From Antedon mediterranea (lineage: Eukaryota > Animalia > Echinodermata), in NCBI RefSeq assembly GCF_964355755.1, contig NC_092674.1, positions 17,856,001-17,920,000 on the forward strand: DNA of 64,000 bases, read 5' to 3'. The notes beneath the pieces were generated by a model. It saw only the letters and a program-made list of their open reading frames with translations. It was not told the DNA's origin and made no database searches. The translations under genes were made by a program, and so were the position numbers. Each line of letters begins with the position of its first letter. Position 1 is the stretch's first letter. Below, one piece after another: positions 12,496 through 26,449 of this stretch.

Positions 12496-12671
12496 CATCT
12501 GATGGTTGTGGAATTCGTTGTGTACTGAATGATAGCATTGCAGGTTCTGTTCCAATTAATAGAGTTACCTCAGGGTTTTGTGTTAGAATAACAACTGGGG
12601 CACCAGTACCCGATGGCGCAGATGCAGTTGTACAAGTTGAAAATACAGAGTTAGTCAAAGAAGATAATGAT
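12496..12671 (+). CDS. GPHN: Gephyrin/MoeA E-domain exon a
   Basis: aag|...|gtaagt. SDGCGIRCVLNDSIAGSVPINRVTSGFCVRITTGAPVPDGADAVVQVENTELVKEDND matches the MoeA TGAPxPxGADAVVQVE motif. Confidence 0.95.
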
Positions 12672-13289
12672 GTAAGTATTAATACTCTGATGTTAAAATC
12701 TGAAACCAAAACATTATGTGACATGGCATGTCAAGCGTTTGCTGGTTGCGGATCTACAAGCTATCTCCCCCACCATTTTTATAAATATAACACAATCATG
12801 ATTTCAAATTAGCCATTCCCGTTTGTTCCATTAATCCTGCGAAATTTAGAATTGCATTTGCAGATGTCTATTTAGAATAAGCTTTCTCTTAGATTAAGAA
12901 TGAATAGATCAAGGAATGTTTTCTAATAAACTTTATAGAACTATTGTTCATCGCACTTTTGCATATTTTAACTTTTTCCATTGATATTGTGTTTTCACTC
13001 TACTGCTTTAGCCAGCTACATCCTAAGAGGACTACTCATTCAGAAGCTGAATGCAAGCAGCAGTTATAGTTCTAGAGGCCGACGTTTTTGGTTTTTTGTA
13101 TACTAGGACAGGTCATGCTAAAATTACAAGTCCCAAAGCATTTCTGGTATTTACAATGAGTCCCATTTGAGTGTCAATCTAGACTGATATTATAATACTG
13201 TAATTCCCTGTCAGATAATCATTGAATTATTATCAAAACAGTCCATTAAAGTTTTTGTTTTTAATAGGATACTTCACACTTGATGTATC

Positions 13290-13323
13290 AAGGCTTGATG
13301 AAGTGACCCACAGACTTGGCCTT
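13290..13323 (+). ncRNA. Degenerate minimal hammerhead ribozyme relic
   Basis: Stem I AAGGC/GCCTT, core TTGATGA, stem II GTG-acc-CAC, GAAA damaged (AGAC), AATAAA just after. Confidence 0.4.
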
Positions 13324-13399
13324 AGCAATAAAATAAAATAAACTAAAGTGACAGAAATTGAGTCTGTTACATATCAAAGTATGAATTCTCGTTGTATTT

Positions 13400-13654
13400 T
13401 ACTTCAAATACAAGTTATTCACTTCTGTAACAAAAAAAAAAATATTTATTCACGTATAAAAAGAGAAAAGAAACGTTTGATTATAACCCAAAAACCATTT
13501 TCTGACAGACAATTTAAGTATTTTTTGCTTTAAATTACATTATTTTCAGGTAAATAATTGTTTGGTTAACGTGAATAACTTTTATGTGACAATAAAATGA
13601 CGCATTCAAAAACAAATTTGAAATAAAAAATATTTTTCAGAGGGACAATATATC
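13400..13654 (+). mobile_element. Partial copy of the Kolobok-like MITE at 62981-63311
   Basis: aattacat..ttttcaggtaaata...ttttcagagggacaatatatc aligns with the right half of that MITE. Confidence 0.55.
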
Positions 13655-13876
13655 AACTGTTACGTCAATAAGCGAGCAGCGTTTTTTGTAAGAAATATTT
13701 CTTGTTAAATATGTTTACATACATATTTTAGATTTTATTTTGTAATAGTTAATTAAGATATTATATTTTCGTATTAACAATTTTTTTTTAATTATCCACT
13801 GTTTCTTCATTTCTTTGCATCAATTTTTTTAAACAAAAAATGTTCATTAACATATAAATCCAAAAGCAAATTAATG

Positions 13877-15602
13877 AAAAAAATGACAATGCTGTGGGTA
13901 TCAGTAGCTGGATCTCAATGGAGGTGACAACAAAAAAGCGAGAAGCTAAATCAAAATATATATATATATATATATATATATCATGATATCATCATTAAAC
14001 CCGCTGATAAAGGTTCTGCCACTGTTGCTATGGACATCAAATTTTATGAAATGGAGTCCTTAAGACAGCTAAACAATCCTCTTTATTATCGTAAACTTGC
14101 AATGGATCCCACCCCGGAAATTGCGGATAAGGTGGCAAAATCTGTTTCTGTGATGGTAAAAAAAACACTCCATCGATAAGATTGGACCTCATTTGGCACA
14201 GGTTAATCCAGTTCCAGGCAGATTTTATTTCCTACCTAAAATCCACAAAGCAGGCAATCCTGGTAGACCCATTATTTCGGGCAATGGCACTGCTACAGAG
14301 AAAATTTCTGAATATGTGGATGATTTACTTAGACCATGTGACTGATCTCCCTTCATACATTCAAGACTCCACGGACTTTATCCGCAAAATTAACCAAATT
14401 CAAAATTTACCTAATAATTCTATTCTGGCTACATCAGATGTTTTAAATTAAACAAATTCCAGGCAAAATGCCTACTAAAGCTCATTTACGAGAACTGGTC
14501 ATGTTGATTTTAACCAACAACAATTTTGTTTTTGGAAATGACCATTACCTTAAAATTCATGGCACAGCGATGGGCACAAAAAGGGCGCCATTTTTTGCAA
14601 ATTTATTTATGGGACAATTTGAGGCCAATTTTCTGTCCCTCCAACCTAATAAACCACTTGTTTGGTTTAGATACATTGACGACATCTTCATGATCTGGAC
14701 CCATGATGAAGATAATTGGATTCTTTTCTTCTCAATATTAATTCAGCCCTCCCAACTATCAAATTTACACTCGGCTACCAAATACACTAGTAGCATTGAT
14801 TTTTTGGACACTATAGTGACCATAGAAAATGGTACACTCAAAACCGACCTATTCCGTAAACCCACGGATAAAACTATGTATCTGCTCCCAAGCAGTTGTC
14901 ATCCCCGACACTGTACTAAAAACATACCGTCAAGCATTACGTATCAGACTTATCTGTTCTTCAGATTTAGATTTTCAGAATCGTACCGAAGAACTAACTG
15001 GACATCTCTGGAATAGAAATTACAAGAAGGAATACATCGAAACTGCTATAAAGAAAGCAAAAGATATTCCTTGATGTCAAACACTGACGTACAAACCACG
15101 TCAGCCAAATTCGACCAGATTGCCATTGGTCACAAGCTATCACCCTAGGTTGCCTCCATTACGGGCTATTATTGAGAAACGTATGACCATTCTACAGTCC
15201 ACAGAACGTCTTAGGACTGTTTTTCCGGAACCACCCATTATTGCATTTCGTAGACCTCCCAACCTTTGTGATATATTAGTCAGATCCAAATTTAAGAGTG
15301 AAATTAACTCTCATGACAGCCAAAATTTGGGCAGTCACCTTTGCGGCAAATCTTGCAAAACTTCATTGGTTGATTCTACTGAAAAATTTAAGAGTAACCA
15401 AACTGGCCGCATTTTTCGGATAAGACAATCAATTAATTGTGTAACCAAAAACGTCATTTATCTCATATACTGTAATATTTGTGGTAAACAGTACGTCGGG
15501 GAAGCAAAAAACATTCTCCGTATGAGAATGACACAACACAGATCAGCTATCAAAACATTAAAGCTTGATCAACCTGTAGCTGAACATTTTAATTCAACTG
15601 GT
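13877..15602 (+). mobile_element. Penelope-like retroelement (Neptune-like), RT + GIY-YIG, degenerate
   Basis: IIKPADKG, LPKIHK..PGRPIIS, YIQDSTDF, GTAMG, WFRYIDDIF, Cys linker, NVIYLIYC..CGKQYVGE..RMTQHR. Sits next to (TA)n. The 13877-13955 piece recurs beside (TA)n near 42797. Confidence 0.92.
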
Positions 15603-16716
15603 CAGAGAAACACGCCTGTAAAATCATTAATTTAAGGATTCTACTTCTTTAAAGTACTGAGGTATACTTCTAAGGTGTGGTATTCACACGATAAAGTTAT
15701 CAAATTTGGATTCAAAATACAAGCAAAGGAAACTAGCGCCAGGTTTATCAGTACGTACATGGACAACAATAAATCAAAATTGTTCGTAATATACCCATCC
15801 TACTAAAACAGGAATAGTGTATTATTAATATTACACCAATTATTATTATATCAAAATTGATTAAATTATTTTCTATATAGGCCTCTAGGTTAGGGCTAAG
15901 CATATTAAGTAATGTTTAATTTTAGGCCTAGTATTACAATTGTGGGACGTAAGTCTTTTTCACATGCTCCAGAATTCTCTCGCAATTTTTTTCTTTGCAA
16001 CATGTTTATTTGATCGGCATATCAGTTACCTTTTATTCACCGCCAGTTATTGAACTTGTCGTGGCCATTGCTGTTCACCTTATTTGCGAGAGAGGTACAC
16101 GTGTTGATTTCCTAGAGAATGGAATGTCAAAAATGTCTTTGGCACGCCGCTCAGAGAGAAGTCTGTCCGTTGCTGCTGAAATCACGTGCTATAGGAGGGG
16201 GGAATCGCCACAAGGCCGAATCCTCTCAGGGCAGAATCATTCCGCTACCGCTATAACAATTATTGTTTATCAAAAGTTGAAGACTGTCGTGTTTTTTTTT
16301 TTTAAATATGGCGCATACGGATGCACAACTTTTGAACAGTTTGGGCACTTTTGTAAAAGTAAAATTTGACACGATATATATGACTTGAATGAAAAAAACA
16401 ATCGTTACATCAAATGGAATACACAAATCTATTTAGATACGCTAGGCCTATTATAAAAATATAAACTAAACTATAAACTATATGCCTGCATGCCTCGCAC
16501 TTTTGGAAATGATAAAATGATGCCTCGCACAAATATTTGGCGTGCCTTGCATACCTCATTTGCCTCGCGTTCCTCGCTGCCTCGCACTTTGTCAACACTC
16601 ATCTCCTTGTATTGTTAATATTCATAGCAAATATTGTGAAAATTATAAAATGTGTAATTATGGTTTCTTCAATAAATTAAGCTAGTTGTTTAACTCTTCT
16701 TTTTTTTCAAACATAG

Positions 16717-16775
16717 GGTAGGATTGAAGTAGAGATTAACATTTTAACCACACCCAAGGAGGGTCAAGATATACG
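16717..16775 (+). CDS. GPHN: Gephyrin exon b
   Basis: tag|GRIEVEINILTTPKEGQDI(R)|gtaat. Phases 0/2 fit neighbouring exons; GQDIR motif. Confidence 0.92.
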
Positions 16776-18099
16776 GTAATATTTTCCATTTAGAAAAAGG
16801 ATTTACTTTTTATTCAAACGATATATTATTATTTAATTATACTATACATAAATGTAAAATTATATGCAATTGAAATCTCATTTCTATGTTTAAATCTATT
16901 GATAATATACGTCTAGTAGGCTAAATTATTAGTATGCTATGTATGCTGTAAGTAAAATGCAATTTCTTAGAAATTAAAAAAAACATTTGATAATTATCAA
17001 TAATTTTAGGTACCATCCGTAATCTGAAGTACAAAAAGCTGTTATTTACGAATTCTAAATATGCAAATTATAATTAAATATTAGTATTTAAATTAATGAT
17101 TACCATACAGTACAAATGGTGGTGTAATTAGAAAGAAGTAAATATGACTGCAATTTCATCCTACTTGTTTGTACCTCCTTGTACACCCCTTGAAAAGAAA
17201 TTACATAAAACGAACAAATAAAAATATAATGAAACAGAATGTTAGCATCATGTACTTCACAATATTTCATATAACCCTAAATGATAAATTAATTAGAAGA
17301 CTCTCTTAGAGTGCATGAGGTATAAACATGAGCAAGAATACGGTATTGTACTTACCGTCCGTTTGAGATTCATTTGAAATGGTGCACGGCAGCATGTGTT
17401 GCCGCTACACTGTACCGCAGCTGCGCTGACCACATATGCTGTCTCGATATTGCTAATGACCAGAGTGATTTAATGGCTGCAAATTACCAAACGCATCATT
17501 CAGCAAAGAGATTGGTCTAAAAAACATATTTTTCGTACAAATTTTGTTGTTATAATATATTAGCTTAATGGATAAAGGGAATTAAAAGCAGGGAAGAGTT
17601 AACTTTTTCCCGATAAAAGGTTCCGCCAGCTCTAATGGCGCTAGTATCGGACTTGTGGTTTAGGAGATAGAGGAACAAATTTTGCCTTGGTGCTATGCTA
17701 TTATAGATATATATATATTCTAACCAATTTATTGAAGCCCAATTTGGTCTTTTATTACATGTTTATGGTTTTAGGTCTCAATTCAGTCAAAAACATCTTT
17801 TGCGATTAAGGGTCAAATGTCAGTATTGACCAATCATATAATTTGCCTATAAAACCAAATAACATTTAATATAAAAAATGTTTTTAAACAATTCAACAAC
17901 AACAACTACTTGGATGGATATAGATAGAATATTTTGGTGATACCAAACGCTATGACTCCGATTTCCGAAATCCCCTGGACATTGCCATCTTGATATGATT
18001 GATTTCTTTGTCTGATGGGTCAGTAACAATAGTGTCTCACGATAAAAAAATGTTCTTATTACAATAAGCTTTGTTCCAAAAGATGATGGTCAAGAAAAA

Positions 18100-18500
18100 A
18101 ATAAGTAGGTCAAGTTTTATAACGTAAAGCTAGTTACTTATTTGCCGTAGAGGACGTAGATGCAAAAAAGGTCGTGGAACTAGGGTGGCAAATGGTAGAT
18201 TAGGTCAAGGGTCATTGATCCATACCAAAATACTTTGGAAATATTACGTAGACCAAGTGTTATAACGGTCATAAAAGCTAGTTACTACTTATTTGTTGTA
18301 GAGGGCGTAGATATAAAAAGTTCGCGGAACTAGTGTGGAAAATAGTAGAGTAGTTCAAAGGTCACACGATCCATACCAAACATTTTTTAAATATTAAGTA
18401 GGTCTAGTAGTTTGTAAAGCTTGTTACTTATTCGCCGTAGAAGGGTAAATGCATAAAATGTTATTGAACTTTGACAGGAAGAAGTAGAGGAGGCCAAGGC
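18100..18500. repeat. Diverged tandem repeat, about 3 units of roughly 140-150 bp
   Basis: aaagctagttacttatttgccgtagagg...ggaactag...ggtcaaggg recurs near 18126, 18274 and 18416. Confidence 0.7.
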
Positions 18501-18539
18501 TAACATGTTGATTGAATAGCAACTCAATTAGACAGTTAA

Positions 18540-19969
18540 TCTATATATAAATTTACGTAAGGGCAAAATTCGGTAAATCACGCGTTATTTCTAGAATGTT
18601 TACTCGATGGTATATAAAGTTGTTTCATACTTTCGGTACTGATTTTAACCACTTGATGTAACCCTGTTTACTAATTAAATTGAGTTCGATAATTAGTTTT
18701 TGACGATTAAAACGAATTTAGGTTCAACGATTTGCCCCAAATAGGGATGTTTTTCGATCGTGGTATACACTGTCTAATGGATGTCCATCTTGAAAAATAC
18801 CCGCAGACAATAATACGAGGATGCTTCGCATTTTCCTATCTCCTCCTACGATAATTGTTTTTAATGGTTGAAAACCGGTTGAACAGTTCAAATACAGCAT
18901 CATAATGTTGAAGACAGGCCGATTTTCTTTAAAAAATACTATTTTGATAGATTTAATATACGTTTATACAAATGTATTGATTTGCGATGAATGGAACATT
19001 CCAATCTCTGTTCCACAAGTGTCTATTCCCTCAGGCGTCGTAAAGGCAAGTACCGTATACTCATAACAGAAATTTGATCTATTTTTTTTTCAATCTGTGC
19101 TGCAGAGGTTGGATATAGATTTTTTTTAAACGGATAATGAGCTAGCGTTTTCAGTCGCCGTATATTATGTACAAATCTTTATTATTGCAGTTAAACCACC
19201 CACATCATCACCCTTCCCTCACTGGCATGAGTAGCGTTGTAAAGCCAGTAGAGGATAGGCCTACGGTGCATCACATGCCCTAAACGCAGAACAACTTTGG
19301 TGGGTAGGGTAGGAACCAACTTAAGTATGAATTGGCTCTAAGAAACAATTGAAAACCATTAGGCCTACTAATTAAGTTGAGTTCGATAATTTAATATTAT
19401 TGACGATTAAATCGAATTTATGATTTGCCCCGAATAGAGGTGGTTTTCACAAATTGTTTTACATTATATAAACATATACACGTCGTAGTGATGTATCGTT
19501 ACATGTACTGTACTATTTCAATCGACTAGGACGGTGATAGTTTCAACAAAGTATTACATCGCAATGTTTTACTGTGTTTAGTGGTATATTATTTGTAAAA
19601 CATGAAAACAATTAATATTTCGTTACTAAATGGATAAAGAATATATTTAAAAATTGTTCTTCTTTGCACCCATCCTCTTCCTCATCCCTCAACCCTAATG
19701 TTACATACAAAACACAAATTAAGTTTGTTTAAATTTGACTTAAACAATTGGTCTCATTTTGTGACAAGTTTCTCTTTTGGAAGTAATTCCCAGGGTGCTA
19801 ATTTTAGTTGAGTACATAAATCACAGTGTCTGTATTCGTTCCTGTAAACGACATGTATTATTGTCCTGCGGTACGTACATTTGAAATCGCCAGTGTTTTA
19901 ACTCTGAAATTATTATGTATTCGAGAACCATCTGTGGGCACGACCTAGATACGCTTGCGTACCATCTAG
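18540..19969 (+). mobile_element. Non-autonomous Helitron
   Basis: A|TCTATATATA 5' end; 3' hairpin tacgc-tt-gcgta then CTAG|T. Inserted at AT with no TSD. Confidence 0.75.
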
Positions 19970-20148
19970 TATATTAAAATCTGTTTTAAAAAGTATGTGT
20001 GACTGTCCCTTTACCTGAATTTGAATAACTTCACAGACATCTAGTTAGTGTCATGAATTTAATGTTTTAGGTGAATGAATAAAAAGACATACCAATATAT
20101 ACTGTTTAAATTGATAATCAAAAATATATTTATTTTTCATATTTTTAG

Positions 20149-20302
20149 TCCAGTTGGTGTGGATATTCAACAAGGTCAGGTCATTGTCTCATCACATCTA
20201 CCACTTGGACCTAATGAGTTGGGACTAATTGCTATGGTAGGGATATCAGAAGTCACAGTTTATAAGATGCCTGTGGTGGCAGTGTTATCTACTGGGAATG
20301 AG
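20149..20302 (+). CDS. GPHN: Gephyrin exon c
   Basis: tag|T PVGVDIQQGQVIVSSHLPLGPNELGLIAMVGISEVTVYKMPVVAVLSTGNE|gtagg; STGNE motif. Confidence 0.96.
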
Positions 20303-22372
20303 GTAGGTTGTTTTTCATATTTAACCAATTTAATTGGTGGATCCAGGATTTTTCATTATATAAATTTATAACTCCATGATATAATATTAATAGTCTGATG
20401 ATATAAAAAACCAGTTCATTATTTCATTTTGTCTGTTAAAAGCAGGAGCATGCGCCCTATGCGCAACCCCACTGAATCCGCCCCTGTGTACAAATAGGTG
20501 TTTGTAAATTATAAACCAGTAGTAAAATTCATGACGGGAACTTTCCATTAAAACTTCACCCAAGTGAAATAATAAAATTGGCCTGGTCACAAAACATCGT
20601 TTTCGTGATAACTTTATCTATATACAAAGTGGATTAATAGCCCTCCAGTGGTGAGTGTACCAAAGTTTGACTGAAAAAATTAACGTACTATTAGCAAACT
20701 TATATACTGTTTAAACAATTTGAAATAAAAATATATAAAATATAATGTTTTTATTATTTTCGAATCACAAAAAACAACCTAGTATTATTAAGTATTATCA
20801 TTTAGGCGTCATCTCCACTAAATATCGGACGAAGTGTATCGCGTCTAAAAATAGCAGTCCGTCTGCACGCGACCGTAATTTAATTTATCTCATTAAATTC
20901 TAATTTACATATTCATGAGGATTCCAGTTGTAGCCCCGCCCTTCAATACCGACGCAGAAACTTGCGACCGGTCGCGTCTGTACGTTGAACGATTTATCGA
21001 ACTCTGGTGCGTCGCCTTGCGTCCGCTTGCGAGTGTTGTGTGATGTCACCGGGTAGCCAGGCAGTCGCGAAACTAGACTACTTCGATCGTCCGTTCTGGG
21101 AACGCGAGGTGTCCCTTTGTACAAATGGTTCAACACTGGGCCCGGCTCCTTGCGGTTTACGCGTGATACTGTATATCATGTTCCATCCAGGTACCAAAAT
21201 ACGTAGTTACTTTCCAGGCGAAGTTTACCGAAGCATACCTCGTGTACTTTGTATGTACGCTACACAGCAAAAGAGTACACAAATTTACGATTAACCCTCT
21301 CTGTACAGTGGGGTACACCTACAATAAATGTTGTATTACAGGCCTACATTTTGTATGACAATTGAACCAGATCGCCAAATTCCTCAATAAAAAGTTATAT
21401 TTGGAGACAAGTTAAATAATATTCTTCGGTTTGTGTCGGCTTTCTATAAAGAGTGATTTGACCTTTTGATCACGCACCATCGTGTATAAAACAAAAACAA
21501 TTATATACAGTAGTAATAATAACATGGCTATAAACTTCGATCTACTTCGTCCGGTCGCGATAGTATGCGTGTACTATAGAATGTAGATCATGTGATAATA
21601 AATTCGGTCAACACGCTGCGTCTGCTCCCGACTACCTTCGCCGGTTTGCAACCTGTTTGTGTACGGCGTATCAAAAATGTCATATTTTTGTATGGAGACT
21701 CCATGGTCTCCCGTAATATCTTGTTTTTATGTGAATATAAATTGTATTTTTGTGATGCCTTTCTGATTTTTTTTTTTGCCATTCGCCTTTATAAAACAAA
21801 CATTCATTAACATTATTAAAAATAGTAAACCTTTATTTTGTTAACGGATGAAATATTCTTTACTCCATGGTTAACGTATGACGGATAAATGACACATAAG
21901 CGTTTTATTAATTTTGTAGTGTGGGATAGCAATTCTAATTACAGTATTAACCTTTTGTATTATAATCCTTTAGTATTTCGACACTGTTTATATAAGCTAT
22001 TTGACACAGCTGTTAAATTGTTAATTTCAGAAGCCATTGAATTTTCGCTTTGCGTTGGCTTTTGTTACTGACTGCTTATTTTTAATATACATCCTTGTCT
22101 AATAAGTTGTGCATTATGTAATAATGCGGGTAGGGTGCATACTTTATTTTACTGTTAACATGATATCTAAGAAAAATAGTACTGTATGAGAATACCACCC
22201 AACAAAAAATCAGCTTTGGAAAAGGCAGTTTTGACGACCTAAAGAGCCAAAAACGGTAGTCATACACACATTTCCCTGTAAATGATAAATAAAAGGTTGA
22301 GAACATTTTGCCGTTTTCTTTACTAAAATGGATATCATAATTATAATGCTTTCTCTAGCTTGACAGTTGTCA

Positions 22373-22424
22373 TTGGTGAAAACCATAGAAATATTATAAT
22401 ATGTATATGGTGAAACGTTGGCTG
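22373..22424 (+). ncRNA. Degenerate minimal hammerhead ribozyme relic
   Basis: Damaged core TTGGTGA, stem II ACCATA...TATGGT, GAAACGTT. Confidence 0.35.
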
Positions 22425-25123
22425 TAATTTACAACTAGTGCGTTCAAACCATAACAATAACTAAACTATACGTCCCCTATAACATACGATTTCATTCGAC
22501 ATTTGTTTTTTATTTTTGTGTCTTAGTTCTGAGTGTGATTAGGCTAATTGCACCAAAACCTTGTGAATGCGAGTTTGGTGTATATCCAGCTTTTCACAGT
22601 TCAAATCCCTGGTTTAAGTCCTGCTGAGGAATTTTTTTCCTTACTAAGGTACTTAGGTAAAAAACTTCAAACAACGGTGGTCAAACTATGGTAAAATTAC
22701 TCTTAAGATTTATTTAATATAATTTATTGTAACGCTCACAAAATCGAAACGCCCAGTCGTTTCATTTGTTCGAAAAAGCACCTTCAAGTCTATTGACAAA
22801 TTTGTTAATTGACACTTTAAGTGAAAACGAAAACCGGCCTCCTGTGAAACGAGTAATTGTAGACAAATTCCCGCAAATTATTGAAATAGCAAAAATTTGT
22901 TTTTGTTTATGTACCCAACAATCTGGGTGTTTTCCAAAAATCGCAGAAAAGCATCTATTTTAGGGAGGCTTTTACAATGTAACTCTGTTATTATTTATTA
23001 TTTAAATTGTTATGGCTGTTTCGGCATTGTTATGTTTAATTAATTACCTAGTTGTTTTAAATTCTTAATCATAAGAAACACCGTCGGCATTGATGTAAAA
23101 TGATCTCAAAATCGGTTTTTTAGTGAACTGCTAGTGTTAAAAGATAGGGGAAATTTTCAAAAGCTGGCGACCTGGTACTCAGTAGTCCAAACACAAGAGA
23201 ATTACTTGTCCAAAAAACTTCATTTTTGTACGAGAAACAAGAGTTATAATTTGTGATTTGTAATTTTAAAATTTAATTTGATTTAATGTATAGGATTTTG
23301 ATACGAGTAAATTCACCCGCTTGTTGGTTGTGAAGTTTTGACAGGCGCTTATTAAACTACAGTATAGGGAACATCTATCTATCCCCTTCGGCTTAATTGT
23401 TACAATTTAAAAACTCACAACTCAGTAAAGTGGTGCAGTCCTACTGTACATGGTTAATTAAGTACCACTGTCTTCAGGCAGATGATTAAGAACATTAAAC
23501 GTATTGATAATAAATAAAAGGGGATTGTATTGTGTGCAGGAAAACGGAAGCCAATAGAAATAATATAGCGCGGCGGCTATACTCGTAATGGACTGTCGAT
23601 CGTAATGGAAATAGTTTTTACTGTAAAATTTTCTTAAAGGATTAGCATCACTGTTTGTATGATTTAAAAAAAAAATGTGGATCTCCTAAAATTTATCGGA
23701 AAATATTTTGAACTCAGTCGCCATAGTGTTTTACACGTAAAAACCACACAATGGCCAGTCTCATACTCCATGCTCATACCAGATAATATACAAGTCAATT
23801 AAATAGAGAATAATATTTTTATCTAAAGAGAAAATGGGATTCCAAAACAGGTACAAAAGCCGACGATCCGATCGAAATACATGTTGTACAAAAATAATAA
23901 TAAATAAATTTGTTTTATTTTATGTCAATTTAAATTATATTTATTTTAAATTTATTTTGTTGTTACATGTTTATGTCTCGTTATAATGTATTTTTGTGAG
24001 GGTCCCTAATGATCAGCTTCAGCTGGATGGACCACCCTCGGTAAAAATTGTTGAAATAAAAATAAATAAATAAAAAAATACATTACATGTCGGCGAGGTC
24101 CAATGGCATGCGTGACTGGTGGAACAAACCAAATATTCCCCGCAACAAATATCAAGCTAACAGACCCTTTTCCATCGGGCGAAATCAGTTTATTACCTCC
24201 CAAGTTTATGCGTACCATTTCGTGACTTACTATCTCAAGTAGTACGAGAGAAATTCATGACATACAGGACATTGAACATTTAATAACGTAGCTTAATAAA
24301 AAGATGTTGGCTAAACGAAAATAGCATGTTTCTAGTTTAGTTATGTAGGCCTATACAATGAAACGTCTATTTTAGGTACCCCACCTGGGTATAAAACGAG
24401 TTAATCTTAAATTTAAAAATTCGAACTAGATCGTAAACATAATTCGTTTTTTTTTGCTGTGTAGCGCCTGATGGAAAGTAACTACGCATTTTGGTCCCTG
24501 GATGGAACATGATATATCACGCGTAAACCGCCAATGTTGAACGATTCCCACAAAGGGACACCGCTAGACAAGTGAGTTCCTACAAAAATCTAGGTCGCAA
24601 TCCGGCGAGGGTGGTCGGAGTCAAACGCAGCAGTGTGTCATTGACGGTTATCAATCACATGTTCTACAGTACACGAAAACTATCGCAACTGGACGAAGTA
24701 AGTCGAAGTTGGTCATGTTGACTGTTGTTACACACAATTGTGCGTGATCAAAAGGTCAAATCAAATGTTAGAAAGACGACACAAGGAAGCGAAGCAGCCA
24801 TATTCACGTAGGCCTATTTATTATTTGTTTGCCTAATTACTACTACCATGCTACTACGTATATTTGTTGATTAAAGTCAGACAAGTCAAGGGGCCCGTCT
24901 GGGCGCCGTGGGTCGCGATCAAGCGAAGTTCCATAACAACAACTTGAAATCAGTCAACCACATAATGAGGGGCGGAGCTATTCATGGACGCACTAAAACG
25001 GAATAATTGTGAATAATCGGTAGTCCCTCGGACGCAACATTTTAGCTGCGTCCAGAAGGATGTCACAATACAATAGATATCGCGACCAGCTGCAGTACAA
25101 TCCGTTCGATATTTAGTGGAGAT

Positions 25124-26449
25124 TTTTATTTAGTTTTATTTTTTATTTTATTCAGTTGTCAACCAACAGCGATGAAACCGCCACTAACAGGTTGAATCTA
25201 AACATAATAAATATAAAATGTATTCATATAAACAACACAAACATAAACAAAGATAACAACATTAAAGAGATTTAACAATTTTACCCTTAAATACATTTAA
25301 ACTATCATAAAATAAATCAATATCCAAACAAGTAACAAGTAACCTGTTAAATGTGTTGGGTAACCGCTGAAAGATACCTCGTTTTGTGCATTCAACACGA
25401 CCACAAGGAACGTGAAGCAAACACTTGCTGCGAGTACGAGTTGGAATATTCAACTTAAACAAAGCAACAAGAGGACAATCATAAACGGAATTGAATGAGT
25501 TGTATAAAAAAACCATATCAAAAACAACTCTACGATTTATAAGAGAAACATTATAATTAGGACAAGTGTGAGTAAGGAATCTAATGAATTTGTTCTGAAC
25601 ATTATAAATACGCTGAGATTGAGTACAAGAAATTGAATTAAAAATGACTGAACAGTATTCCAGGTGGGGGCGCACGACTGAACGGTACAATGATGTTAAT
25701 GCTCCACCATTGCCCATGAATCTACAGTTCCTCCATAACAAACCCAGCATTCTATTTGCCTTAGATACAACATAATTAACATGTAAACAAAAATTTAACT
25801 TACTATCAATTAAAACTCCTAAATCCCTTTGAGAATTAACACAATCTAATTCCTGATCATTCAACTTATATTTGGTTATAATAGGCTTTGTTTTCAGAGT
25901 GATACACAAAGATTTATATTTGCTTATTTTTAAAGAAAGTTTCCATGTCTCAGCCCATCCCACAAGAGAATCCAGATCCTCTTGCAACAGATAAGCGTCG
26001 TCAGGTGAAGAGATTACTTTAAACAACTTAAGGTCATCAGCAAACAGAAGTGATTGTGAAAACTTAAAAACAGAAGGAAGGTCATTAATATACAAATTAA
26101 AAAGCAAGGGGCCAATAATTGACCCCTGCGGAACCCCAGAAAGTACAGGAAGCCACTCAGAACAGTTTCCACTGATGACTACCCTCTGCTTCCTGTCAGT
26201 CAAATAATCTGAAAACCATTTAAGAAGATTGCCTTTTAAACCAAACTTTGAAATCTTAAAAACAAGTAAATCAGGAGGGACCGAGTCAAATGCTTTAGAA
26301 AAATCAGTGTAGACCACATCACATTGCTTCTTACTATTCAAAGCATTGTATGCTGTAGAAAGAAGCAATGCGAGGTTGGTCTGACACGATCTTCCAGGAA
26401 TAAAACCATGCTGAACCGAAGTAATAACTGAACTTATATGTTTAAAAAC
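25124..26449 (-). mobile_element. 5'-truncated L2-group LINE with an open RT frame
   Basis: QHGFIPGRSC, YTDFSKAFD, GVPQGS, FADD in ORF 25262..26689; T-rich tail at 25124. Close relative of the 826-12442 LINE. Confidence 0.92.

Noticed and set aside
12455-12724. 89-aa minus-strand ORF
   Set aside because: Antisense shadow of gephyrin exon a.
16480-16600. TGCCTCGCA repeats ending in CTTTGTCAACACT (hAT-like end)
   Set aside because: No partner TIR or 8-bp TSD found, so not called as an element.
23995-24080. Nested hairpin as a ribozyme
   Set aside because: No hammerhead or HDV core. It is followed by an (AAAT)n tail, so more likely an isolated LINE/SINE 3' end.
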